Below, piece by piece: positions 40,781 through 53,914 of a stretch of DNA of 64,000 nucleotides (within the stretch, counting starts at the first letter, position 1; every line of letters starts with the position of its first letter). Location of the stretch: assembly GCA_000165425.1 (NCBI GenBank), contig CT868463.1:186001-250000 (forward strand). Reading direction: 5' to 3'. Under the pieces are notes generated by a model that saw only the letters and a list, made by a program, of their open reading frames with translations, was not told the DNA's origin and did no database searches. Position numbers and translations under genes: made by a program. This DNA is from Paramecium tetraurelia. Its lineage: Eukaryota.

Positions 40781-41071
40781 AAATTTTTATCAATACTAAC
40801 TAACCATTTTAGTATATAATTATTTTAATGAATCCCTTAAATTAATATTAACTATTAGACTTAATAGAATCAGTATTTTTATATTAAACTAATCCTTTAT
40901 CACATTTAGAAATGTTTTCCGACTTTTAGATTTAGATTGCTTAAAAAAAGGGAAACCAAAATACCATTTATATAAAAAACGGGCAGTTAGGATAGTCTTT
41001 CCGATACAGTCTTGGTTAACCTCACTCTGCAACATAGCAAAGTATTTGTAGACAGCATTTATTTGTCTGAC

Positions 41072-41221
41072 NNNNNNNNNNNNNNNNNNNNNNNNNNNNN
41101 NNNNNNNNNNNNNNNNNNNNNNNNNNNNNNNNNNNNNNNNNNNNNNNNNNNNNNNNNNNNNNNNNNNNNNNNNNNNNNNNNNNNNNNNNNNNNNNNNNNN
41201 NNNNNNNNNNNNNNNNNNNNN
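41072..41221. other. Assembly gap (N run)
   Basis: Run of n. Confidence 1.
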
Positions 41222-43118
41222 AAAGAAATAGTTTTGGTGAAAGATACTCATTTAATATAATATGAATATATTATAATCACAATATTGTTAAAAATTTTCT
41301 TAGACTTTCTTAAATCCAGCATGTTAAATTAGAGGTTGCAATTACGCCTTTGTAAATAATCCTAATGCCACTTCTTCCTTAGATTCAACATATGATGGAT
41401 GATTCGAATCAATTAATAGGTAAAATCCTTCTACAGGATTTCGAGTAAAATCAAATGAAGGAACATACTCTTTCTTAAATAGTATTTTATAAATGTACAT
41501 TAAAATGTAATTATTATTTACTAAGAGGAATATTGTAAAATCTATCAATAAATAAATAATGAAGAACTGAGACAAAGACTTTTAAGGCTTCTTTATAATT
41601 TATTAACTTTTTCCAGAAATCAGCTTCAACTATTTATGGTAATAAGATTTAAATGAAGGAATATTCCATAAGCAGCATCTATGATTGTTCAGGTGTTTCG
41701 ATACTAAATTTAAGTTTTGACTTACTTTAAAGTATTGTTTGGTCTTAAGTTGATTCTACTCGCAACATATTTACTATGTCCTAACAATAGATATCCATTA
41801 GGAAGCGAGAATTTTCTCATAAATTCTATGTGATCTTTAGTGAAATCTAAAGGTTAAACTATTAAATATCTAAAAAATATCTCTAAAGCTGTAAGCATAT
41901 TTTGACATCGAGTTTGAATGTCTAAAGTTTAAGTAAAGATCCATGATCGATCCAATTATTTCTTAAGTGTACATTCTCTATAAAATTATGATATGATGGA
42001 CAAATAGTTCTATAAATAATTAATTTATCATTTACAAATTAAGTATCATATTATCCAATATATTCCTAAGAATATTCATTAAAAGAAATCATCTTACTAT
42101 TCCAAATCTTTTTACAATAGTTTAAGTATGTCAACGCTAGCCAGAAATATCTTGCTATTGCTCTGAATTTTCTCATCAAATATTTCAATCTTTACTAATT
42201 TATTAGAAACTTTTATTAAGATGATTTTTATGATCCAACCCCTAATGATTATTATTAAGATGATTTCAGTGATCCAACTCCCTGTGATTATTAATGATAT
42301 GACTTTTATGATCTTGCTCCTAGAGACTATTATTAGGATATTTAAGATTATTTTGTGTTGTTGAATTGAGAATTATCAGAGGCACCAGAATCAATTCTAT
42401 CTTATTACTTTTACGATCTTCTTTATGATCTGGACTTCAGTGGCGTTTAGAGAGTCTATCTTTTAGAGGAGTAATTTTGTGATGATTCCATATCAGTCAC
42501 ATAGCGAGCATCTGAATTTTCTTTCGGTTTCTTGTCTATCTTTTTTTTTTCTTCCTTCTCATGTAACATTTATAATAGAAATTTATGTAATGTATCCATT
42601 TCTTTTGGTTTTTTGGGTCTGAGTGATTATTGATTATTTAAAAATTGAGGTTGAATTGGTTGACTTTATTAATGAAATGGATTCTATGCATATGGAATTT
42701 AAGCATAGTTATATTATTAAGGGGGATAGCCTTATTAATATTACGGAAGTAAAGGAGGAAATAAAGGTTATTGATACATTTAAGAACTAGATTGTATGAT
42801 TGGTGGACTGTGTTCAATTCTTTTGATCTTCTATTTTAAAGTCTTAAGTTCTTCTAAAATTTATATGCTATATTTCTATTCTTCTGTTTGCTTCAATTTC
42901 TCTAGATATTGAATCTATCTCTATTGTTCTAATCTTGAATCTTCAAATGCTTTAATAAGGTTATTAATGGTCTAATTTTAATGCTGAATTTTTCTTTCCA
43001 AAGTCCCAACTAAGGAATCATCTTCGATGAAATTAGGGTTTGTCCTTTACTCATGATAAGAGTCTTATCTTGGATATTTATCTCTTCTTCTATGTATATG
43101 AAAATCTCTTCCACTCAT
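41222..43118 (-). CDS. Hypothetical protein (coiled coil, Pro/Gln-rich segment, Ser-rich repeats); 3' end uncertain at the gap
   Basis: MSGRDFHIHRRRDKYP...coiled coil...PLFPPLLPQYQQGYPPQQ...LMRKFRAIARYFWLAL...YVPSFDFTRNPVEGFYLL. Confidence 0.7.
42213..42338 (-). repeat. 39-nt coding tandem repeat, about 3 copies
   Basis: Encodes SQQQSLGARSQKS / YHQQSQGVGSLKS / SQQQSLGVGSQKS. Confidence 0.85.
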
Positions 43119-43386
43119 AAAAAGTTGTTATATAATATAATATTTATAAGGTTAAGATGTAAATTCAAATATATTCCTTTTGAAATTACAATAATTATTT
43201 ATAAACATTGAAAAATCTTGAATTTGATGGCCTTTAAATTATCTAGTTTAAAAATATATAGAAAACAATACTACGATTGATTGTTGAGAATTCTTATCAA
43301 TCTATTATGAGATTAATAATAGTTGCGTAATAAGAATATGTCAAAATCTTTTAACATTTATATCTTTAATTATAATCATTGTATTT

Positions 43387-44437
43387 TCAAAATTTGGTAG
43401 TGCGTGCAACCTCATCTAATACTTCCTTGGCAGGGCATTGATTCAAACCTTTTGGATCAAATTCTTTTCGATATTCACTATTGTATTAGCCATTATATGA
43501 TGGATTTAAGGTTGCCTATTATTTATTTGTACTATCTACATTTTGATTGCTCTTTGCTGTAGGTACTCTGTCTGTTCTAAATGGTTTATATGAAGATTTA
43601 GCTATTGATTCGGCAGAGAACTTCAAATCTGGTGGTGACAACGGAGATCTACGTGAATACAATTTATACTTTAGAGCCTTATTCATGTTTTTACAACTCT
43701 ATACTGGAGGAGCTTACGTTCCTTGGTAACTGTCTTTGTAAATACTTCTTCCCATGAATGGCATTTCTTTAATAACTGTAGGGTTATTTTAAGGAAGTAA
43801 TTAAGGTGTATCGCCCATTCCCCAATTTAAATACATATTATTATAGGTTGACAACCCAGAGAAAGGGACTCCACTTACTGTTGGTTTCTATGAATTCTTG
43901 TGTAGTTCTCCAGTACTATTGTATCCAGGATAATCATGCTAATAAAATAGAATGTTTATTCATACTTTATAAGTTGTAACATTTTCAAGATCACCTTCTG
44001 CTTTAGGTTGGGTGAATATGTTTTAATTATAGCGAGATCCATTTTCTGGAGTCTTTTTCTGGTATTCCTTCTAATAGATAGTGTAATTTCCATGTAATTA
44101 GGGTTTGTGTATACAATTTTTGCCATTACATTTGTGTTTGCCACAGTTACATAATGCACATAGACATTTGCCTATTTGTTTATATTAATAGAAACTTACC
44201 TCCTAAATGATCAAAGTATTGGGATACTTGAGTTTGATTATCTCTATTAGTTTAGGAACTCATCAATCTATCATAAACTTCCTAAATTTCAGTGTTATAT
44301 TTTACCTTCTTTTTACTGGATATTACATCATTATTGAGGTTTTGCGAAGAATTAAGGAGTTGTTTTTTATTTGAAGAGAATTGGAAATTAGAATTAATCT
44401 TGCAAGAATTATTATGTTTTGGTGTTATTTCTGTCAT
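43387..44437 (-). CDS. SAXO/STOP-like microtubule-stabilising protein
   Basis: Cys motif KCLCALCNCGKHKC typical of SAXO N-termini, followed by Mn-like repeats (TIYQKEY, FSGLSTYNNVF, FMGRSIYKDSYQG, SIAKSSYKPF, SEYRKEF). Confidence 0.82.
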
Positions 44438-44524
44438 TTGTAAATCAGTTTTTGATGTAATTATTAAAATAATTTATATTAAAATTATTCTTGCTTATAT
44501 CTCTTTATATTTATATATATAAAC

Positions 44525-45219
44525 TCATATTAACTTATTCAATTTCTTTAAATTTTGAAGAGAGAGTGATATTTATTATTATCTTTTGCCTGTTTTTAAT
44601 TATATTAACTCATCTGTTGGTACATAAAGTACATCATAGCTTGAATATTTCTCCTTTTTTATTTATTGTAATGTTGATACTAATAGGATATCAATGCGAT
44701 AGTAATATTTAAAATCATTTACTATGGATATGAAATCTTTTGTGATCTTAGATTTTAATTTGCATTAGGTTTACCAACTCTAATTCAATTTCTCAATTAC
44801 TGATTTGTTTCCAACTTGAATAATCTAAGTTGAATATTTGTTAAAATTACATCTTCAATTTTGTAGTTACTATAATTTGTTCTTATAATCGGGATATATT
44901 TTAAGTTTAATAATTTAAGTATAACATCTGCACTCAATTATGTGATCAAATTGAATCTCATGCATTCCAAAGATTTCAAAGGTTCATTCTAACAAAATTA
45001 ATTAGTTTATCAATCACTTACAAAATATAAATAGTGACACTCATCATCCTTTTTATTATCCAAATTATCATATAGGACTGATGAAAATACTTCTGAATAA
45101 TTTTCGGTCAATTTGATCTCTATTTTTGGGATATAGTCTTGGTTATTATCCATAAACCTAACTACTAAATGGTCATTCTCTATTGACTCTTCCACTAAGA
45201 TCAAATGAATTTAATCCAT
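44525..45219 (-). CDS. Hypothetical protein
   Basis: MDQIHLILVEESIENDHLVVRF... with two introns; open to ...LKKLNKLI*. Confidence 0.65.
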
Positions 45220-46924
45220 TAAGAAAATTTTAGACTTGCCTTAATTAGTATTTTTATTATTAATGATGGACTATACTTTCAGAATGACATTCATGTGCAT
45301 TTCATATAACATTTTAGCTTAACAAAGATTCATTATAATAATCAGATGTAAAAGAATATTTTTTTAAACTAACTCATAAAGCAGTTAATGCCCCAATTAT
45401 GTTTTACAGAATAACTTTTATTATTTCTCATATATAAAATTCAACAAGACGTAATCCAATTAATAATATAATTCTCAAAATCATGGCAATTTTTTTCTCG
45501 TTTAAATTTACATTAGTAGAATTTATCACATTCTATTTAAAACTATTCAGCTCATTAATTTAAGCTCTTCTTAGTTTAATGCTTGTGTAGATGTCAATTA
45601 TTACTCATATATACATTTAAATATTCATCAAATTATATAAATTATTACTAAATTCTGATGAATTTCAAAGTTTTATGATGAAAAAATCAATAATAGTATA
45701 CATGCTAATATAATTATTCCAAAAGCAAAAAACCTAAAATTTTAAGAAATGTAATAATATCAGTAAATTGTTTGATGATTATATTCTTAAAAGTTTTAAT
45801 AAGTTCTAAATATAGTTTTATAATATAATCAAATATTCTTAAATTATTACAACATTAAATTTTGATCTAAAATTAGCATAAAAAGCTTATTCCTAATCAT
45901 TATTATATTATTAAAAGATTTGAATGATAATAGATAAATTTTGCAATTTTACATAAATAAATTCAGGATTATTTCTTCTAGCATTACAAAAATTCCTTGA
46001 ACCCTTTTGAAGGACCTTTTTATTTAGTTCTCTCTCCAATAACTTTTAGTTATTCTTCCTTTTCTAATACTTCAGGTTTCTATTTTAGTAGTGCCAAATA
46101 TAACTAATCACTTGCTTTTTACACTCAACGCTTTTTCCATTATAAACTGCTAAAGTAGCTTTGATTATATTGTCCCAATCACAATTATAATCTGAATCTA
46201 ATACTATTTTCACTAAAGAAGGATAGGAATGGGATTGTATTTTCTATTGATAATTTATTATCTTTACATAATTTCATTATAATGTGATATGACAGAGGAT
46301 CTGAATCAGATCATCAGAATAAGGTTTAAGCGATAAAATTTCAACTGTTTGAAAGGCCTCATTTTTTAAAAACTTAAAATCACTTCACATTTTTCAAACA
46401 CTTTATGCAAAATATTTTTATCATCAACATTGTTGTTTTAAACTGTATATTTTAATTAGTATTATTGTTAATCCATGAATCGATGAAAAATTAAACTAAA
46501 ATAATATCAATCTATAGAGAATAAAGAATTAATAAAATGATAAATCCATTTATCAAATTTTTAAGGAGAAAATTTAATATCTATATTATATTCTTATATA
46601 CAAAGGGAGGTTGGAATAGATATTAACAATTATATAATTCTCAATATTGATAAGATATTATAGAATTCTATTTAAGATTAAGTGTTCATGCAGCAGTTAT
46701 TTTAAATGCGAATATATTCAGGATATTTTGTTATGCTGTGGATCCATACTTCATGAGAAAATAACAAAGCTTGAGAAATTTATTTATCATCAATAAACTT
46801 AATCATAGTTATCTATATAAATGGAATTTATCAAGATATTTAAAATTAATAAATTGGCAAAGCAATAAATGGAGATATCATTATATTCATATGCAGAATA
46901 TATATATTTTTAATAAATTTTATA

Positions 46925-48936
46925 ATGCCCCCAAAAAAGCCTAAACAAATTGATCCTTAATTGCAATAAGTATTCTCAACTTAAATTATAGGAACAATTT
47001 GAGAAATGGAAAGAAAGTGATGAATTTAGAGTTTGGAATGAACTGATGATTATCTCAAAATCTTTAGATAATATTTCTGAAACATCCCCCGATATAACAG
47101 GAAATTGGCAAGTAAATAATATGATTATGTAGGTTTATCACAACAAAGTTTTTGAATTATGCTAAGTTTTCAAGTGTAAACCTAAGTTCAAGTTCATTGA
47201 CCATGTTCATATCCGAAGTGCATTTTTTGCGAAGGAAGACATTGAAATAAATAAGCAAATCTAAAAGCAATATATTGACGGCATCTATTGTTCTGTAGAG
47301 AAGTTAGATAAGGATCGTGGAAACCATGTTAAATAAGCTTATTCTAAAATTTTTAGAAGTATTTATAGCAAAACAATTTTTAGCTTTGGAGGATCATAAG
47401 TTTTAAGATATGAATGCCGAAAACTACTAAGCGGAGAGAAAAAACTTGCAAACCCTATTGAATGAGTTAACTAAGAAATTACCTATTCTAATAAAAATAA
47501 GTCATAAACTGATTGAAGAGCGTTTAATGCAAGTTACAGCTCCATTAAGAGCACTCTTGGAAATCAATAAGAAATTGATGTTCTTTGATTTAAGAAATAC
47601 TGCCCATAGAGATAGGATGATAAGAGATTTTATAATAAAAGCAGATATTGAATAATATTGTATTTGTTTACAGGAATGCGAAAGAATTTTGCTTGAATCA
47701 TAAGCGATAAAAGCAAACCCTAATGTGAAACTTATTTTTAATAAATTAGGTTATGAAAATTGGTAAGTTATAGATTTTATAATTTTAGGTAAACTAATAA
47801 GATAGAGTCATTTTATCTAAGACCACTTTTAGAAGCATTTGAAAAAATGAGAAGAAACTTATTTTGTTTAATGCTCAAAGGAATCAACTTTTACAAAGCA
47901 CCTTTAATGGAGAATTAAGTAATTTTAATAACGAATTATTAGTAATTTGTAATTGATATTAATGAAGTCATAAAGGCTGAATTGATTAGTGAGCATTTGC
48001 TTGGATCACCATTAAAAAGAGACCAAATAAATTTTGTATATAATGTGTTAAGCGTTATTTTTCATGCAAATCCACAAGCAAGAGAATTTCTGTAAAAGAA
48101 AGATGAAAATTGTATTAAAGGAAGCATTCCAAAATTAATTGCATATCATACTATCTTATACATGAGAGCCTGGAAGGATAGAAAGAAAGAAGATGACTTA
48201 AAGTAGATGAAATAAGAATAGTAAGATTAATTGAAGTAAACCTAACTTTAACATTCATAATTACAAAGCACATAAGATGAAAATTTGGCAAATGCTCAAA
48301 CTAATATTTATGTTTCTCCAGAAAGGAAGAGACAAATGGATGAAGAGTAAAAAAAGAAAGAAGAGGAATAAAGATTGGCAGAAGAAACAGCAAGAGAAAA
48401 AGAGTAATTATCTTTGATGCAAAAATATGGGAGGTATTGGTTATGGGACTTTTATTGTTCATAAGAACATAGACAAATTTTTGAAGATTGCGTTGAAAGA
48501 GTTAGACACATTAATAAAGCAGTGTAATAAGATATTGAAGATGAAATCATTAAGGAAGGTATGATACCCAAGTATAACTATTATTTAAACCTTTTTTAGG
48601 ATTCGTAATAGACAGATGTAATAAAATGATCCCAGCTTATTATTCAATGAATTACGTAAAAAAGATTACGATAACCAATATGTTTTAATGAGAAGACCTC
48701 CAGAATTATGGAATTATCCTAAAGTAATTGATGAAGAGCATTAATTCAGAGCAATTGCAGATCCTAAAAAATGCTATATAGATTAAAGAATTGAAAATTT
48801 AGAGGAGAGAATCAATCTATTGGCAAACCATCTGCAAACGTACAAACCATAGACTTGGAAAGAATTAATTGAAAGAGTAGTGGATGCACTAAAGGAAACA
48901 TACATTTAAGAACCCACTTAAATTGATGAATAATGA
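46925..48936 (+). CDS. Hypothetical helical protein
   Basis: MPPKKPKQIDPQLQQ|EQFEKWKES...KYGRYWLW...RPPELWNYP...; about six canonical short introns. No family recognised. Confidence 0.82.
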
Positions 48937-48942
48937 ATTTGT

Positions 48943-50582
48943 TCAAATTAATATATTAATTTTTTTCCTAGCTAATTCTGCTTTATATTTATCTGGAATA
49001 GAGTTTTCATTTAACGTCTTTAATTTAGTTTCCTTGATATTCTCTAATAATTTCTTCTCATTTAGCATTTTATCTCTAATTTTCTTGCCTTCCTCTAATC
49101 TAAAAACATTAAAATGAAATAGCTTACTTATCTCTTTCTTCCTATTTTCTCTTTTCTTCATTAAGAGATATCTGTTTTCTGAGTTCATCAGCATGCTTTT
49201 TTACTAATGCCTCTTTTTCATGATGCAACTTCAATTCATTTTCTCTTTCTTATTTTTGTTTCTAATATAACTCTCTAAAATTCATCTCTTTCTAATCTAG
49301 CCTAAATACTATAAATAATGCAATATACTTATTCTTCTAATCGTTCTTATTTTTCAGATTATTATAATTTTCTAGCCTCTTAGACCTCATGATTTAATTT
49401 CATTTTCCATTCTGCTTCCTTCCTTTCTTTTTCTCTTGCTTATCTTTCATTTTATTCCATAGCTCTTTTGGCTCTTAGTGCATCCAATTCTGCCTATCTA
49501 TCTTGTGCTTTTTCCTGCATTTCTCTCAATCTTTAAACTTCTCTTTCTTTTTCTTCTTTGATTCTTCGTTACTCCTCTAACAATTCTGCTTCCTTCTATG
49601 CCTTTTGCAAATTGTATTTGACAATCATTTCTTCTTCCTCTCTTTCTTCTAACTTTCTCTTCTCTTTAACCAAAATAGCTCTATCATTAGCCTCCAAAAT
49701 TTCTTCTTAAACCTTCTATTAAGTAACCTTCTTCTGCATAGCTTTCTATTATTCTTCTATTTACAGTTGTTTAATCTATTTAAGCATGACCTAACCCTCT
49801 CTTTCTTATTCTTCCTTATCTTTTAAACGAATGAGTTCTCTTTCCTTTATTTATTCAATAATAATATCATGACCATGCTTTTACTCAACTTTTCTTTATT
49901 TATCTTTTTCCTCATGATATTTAATGGATTTAAGTCGTTCAATTTCCATCATTAAATCCTTACGTTTCTCTTACACTTTATATTATTCATGAAGTTCTTT
50001 CTTCTCTTTTAATTGCTTATCTCGAACAGTTACACATTTTGCATACATAACCATTTTGTTCATTTCCTTTACATCATCCATCTATTCATTCATGATTTCT
50101 GATGCCTAACAAACAATCAAAATTATAATTTACCCTTGCCAGAAGTGAATCTTTAACTACCTTATCTTCTTCTTGCTGATCTGAGAGAGGTACTTATTTT
50201 TTCTTCTCTTCCTCCATTTGTAACATCTTTTGCTTTTTGGCTTTTGCTGCAGCCATTTACTTCTCTTTTTACTCCTCAAGCAATTTTTTCTAGTATAATT
50301 ATTCTTCTTTGGTCGTTATAATAGCATTATTCTGGAAAAATAGAAAATATAAGTAATACCTTCATTCTTTATAATTCTGCTTCCCCTATGAGGACCACTT
50401 CTGGATGAGATGCATCTCCATTCCTTACATTTTTTACTACTGATTATATCTATTCTTCTGTTCTGGGTTTACCTAGGTTGAGATTGATCATATTACTTTA
50501 TATTTCCTCTACGACAGGTGGCTTTTTAATCTTCCCACTAAGTTTGCTATTCTAAGAAAGAATAATAACAATGATATACCAT
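48943..50582 (-). CDS. CFAP45: Cilia- and flagella-associated protein 45 (trichohyalin-like coiled coil)
   Basis: DDVKEMNKMVMYAKCVTVRDKQL, MEIERLK, KEREVQRLREMQEKAQDRQAELDALRAKRAME and IPDKYKAELARKK match the CFAP45/CCDC19 pattern. Confidence 0.88.
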
Positions 50583-50630
50583 ATTATATTCTAAATAGTC
50601 AATATATAATAATAAATATATGAATCGAAT

Positions 50631-53600
50631 TCAAGTGAATAAATTTGTTTTTATTTTTTTCTTACCCTTCACTTATTTCATGATTTTCTCATAATCAGTT
50701 GGCTATTTTATTCTGACAATCCATTGAAATAGAAATATTGGACACCAACTAAATAATACTATGATCATAGTATTTATCCAAAATGTTCCATTTAGAACTT
50801 CTCCAACTACTAAAGTTTCTGGGATGAGTACCATTGTCAATACGTAAAATACTGTGGATCCAATAGTTGAAATGAACATTACAATGTGCAAGGAATTAAG
50901 CTAAATATAATTTAGTTAGAATAATACTTCACTAAAAATCATGCAATATTCAGTAATAATTAAAGATGTGAAAGCTGCTGTCTCTATATACAAGAAAACA
51001 TTCTTATACAGAAATTAAGCCAAAATCATTATTAAGGTTCCTTAATATGTGGCCTTCCAACACCAAATCATAAATGTCTTCGGATTGAGATCTCTACTCT
51101 TTTATAATGATTTATAAAGAGGAGGAAACTCAAGCGCTACTTTTTCTACAACATCCTCATCAAATATGATGCTAAACACTGGAAACATTCTAAGTTGATA
51201 AAGATTAAATGATTACGTATAGATTGTGGCATATCCCAAAATTAATGTGCTACTGAAAATGCTAATACTTAAATAAAAGTAGATGCACATGAAAACTGTT
51301 TAGATCATGGAAATAATTAATCCTCTATGAGTTACAAATTAAGACAACAAGGCGGATCTCTTATATGATAATCTGCCATGCCAAAGCAACAGAGAGTTTA
51401 GATATTTAAATTTAAGAATAGAGAAATCGCTTGCTAAGGCTGCTTATTTACCTTCCTTTCCTTCAATTCCAATTCCGACATCAGCTGATTAAATCATACC
51501 TACATCATTACCCCCATCCCCAATGCAGGCAGTAATTTTTTGAGTGTATTTTTTGATACATTCGGTCACTAACGCTTTCTGAGTAGGAGAACATCTACAA
51601 CACACAACAGATTGAGCTTAAGTTGCAATTCTAAAGAAGAACTCTTCTTTTTTAAATGCTGTGGAGAGACTTGTACCATCAATAACCAACAGTTAATTGG
51701 TTTTAGTCTCAAATTATTAGAGTCTCTATTGCAGAGTTTCTTCATCGGTAATTTCTTTAAGTAAGAATATCTCTTAGGTTGCGGATTTAATTCCACTCGA
51801 GATAGCTATACAAATGGCAGTTTCAATTTTATCTCCAGTCAACATCCAAACGTTGATGCCAGCATTTCTGATGTTTTCCAGGGTTGAACAAACATCTTCT
51901 TATAATTTATCTTCAACTCCTGTGATCCCTAAAAACTACATATGATTTTCTAATTCTTTTCTAACTCTAGATAATTTATTTTGTCTCTATGTAACATTTT
52001 CAATACATTAGGCTTATTCATACTTGACTTTCCAATCTTCAAAAAATTCACGAGTAATTATCTTTTAGGTCAAGACCAATGTTCTTAATCCCTCTCTGGC
52101 TAGATTTTCGCATTCTTCATCAACAAATCCTCGTTGTGTTTCTGGTAAGAACTGCTTCATTATTGCATCAGCTCCTTTTAAATAAAAGATGTATAGGTTA
52201 TCTAATTTGAGTAGAATCCCCATTCTTTTACTCTCGCTGGAGAAGGGAAAGTTATAGAGAATTTCATATTTTTTTGTTTTTCCATTGTATTCGATGGTCA
52301 TAGAATTCTAATCCCTGTTCATTAAAGTAATTCCAAGGGATTCTGCTATCTTAACCAAAGCAACTTCGTCTGGAGATGAAGCTTAGTATTGTCTTTCCCC
52401 ATTCTCCTCTATTGGAGTAACATTGTGACATAATGCTATAGCCAACAATAAGTCTCTTAAGATGGCATCTTCCTCTGCATTCCCTATTTCTAATCCAGTC
52501 TACAGACTCCTCTTCATGTCATCGTAATTTTCATAAGTATACACATTTTATTTTAAGGACAACTTCTTAAAAATCATATCATTCTATGTTAAGGTTCCTG
52601 TTTTATCCGTAAGCAAATATTCAATTCTACCTAAAGACTCTGGAATGTTAGAATTTCTAGGAATTGTGCCCTCTATCCCTTTATCTATGGATATCTTATA
52701 GCAATATATGAGTTTAGCAAATTCAACATTGACTCTCATGGAGATGGGAATGATATTGGAGAGTAAAATTAGATATCGAACTAGAGAGACACATATTGCT
52801 AAGGCATTCAATGGAGGTTATGAGAGAATTGTGATGATAATTGACAAGAATCCCATTGCCACAAAAAGCATAATTGACATATAATTGATTTCAGCTAAGT
52901 AATAAGTAATATTGATTACTGTCGATTTTGCCAAACTTAGTTTGAGGTTGTCTGCTGTTCATAGCCATTCTAGTTTCAAATCCATTATAAATAACTACTC
53001 CAGTTACCTTACCATTTGCAAGAACTGTACTAGCCCACATAACATTTTCTAATGATAATGGCTCTTTTGATTATTCACACTCAAATACAGCATAAAAATC
53101 GTAGATGTTTTCTTATGGACGATCACATTTTACTTAACAAGTTGACAACTACAAATTCTATATTCCTTTCTTTTAAATATATTAAACAGGTTTCCTTAAT
53201 TTCCAATCTGTCTCCCCATCCAATTAATCTGTACGAATAAATACTTGATCATCACTCGCTTCCAATACCAGAATATCTGCTGGTATACGTTAATTGCTGT
53301 TTATTTCTATGATCATTCCGACTTCCAATTGACCACTTGAGATGTGTTACCATTGGCCATTTATATACCGCTTATATATTGTACTATTAATTTGTCTGTC
53401 CCTCTTATGTCTTTTTATGTCATCGTACAATTCTTTCAGGACACTCAGAGTGACCACCAGAGCTAGAGGCCCCAAATATCCTATCAGAAATCCAACTTTG
53501 AAGGGTTAAATAAATTGCGAGATTGTCAATCCTAAATAAAAGATGTTGATGAATTAGTGAAACTATTAATAAAGCACTTTAGGTAGAAATGTGAAGACAT

Positions 53601-53832
53601 TATATTTAGAATTCTTGATAACATTGCTTTATTAATTGATTGGTGTACATTGTCCATCTAAACATATTACACGACTACATTTCTATATGGGTACAATAAA
53701 CAAATTTTTCATTCTTTCTTTCCATGAATTGCTATCCTTCTCTTCAACTATCATAATGCTTTCCTTCCCTTACTCTATTTACAACACCTCTGTTTGCAAT
53801 AATTTTGTTGTAGAATCTTCAACTTTGTTCAT
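50631..53832 (-). CDS. P4-ATPase phospholipid flippase, ATP9/Neo1 class (copy 2)
   Basis: [90 protein letters not shown]. Confidence 0.95.
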
Positions 53833-53914
53833 GAATTTAATAATAATGAAATTTAACTTAATATTCTGTTTCATTACGTGACTCCTAAAATAATACTCCA
53901 CTGATCAACTAATT

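Noticed and set aside
43547..43729. Membrane-protein-like ORF on + strand
   Set aside because: Antisense to the SAXO-like gene, which has clear motifs and introns on the - strand.
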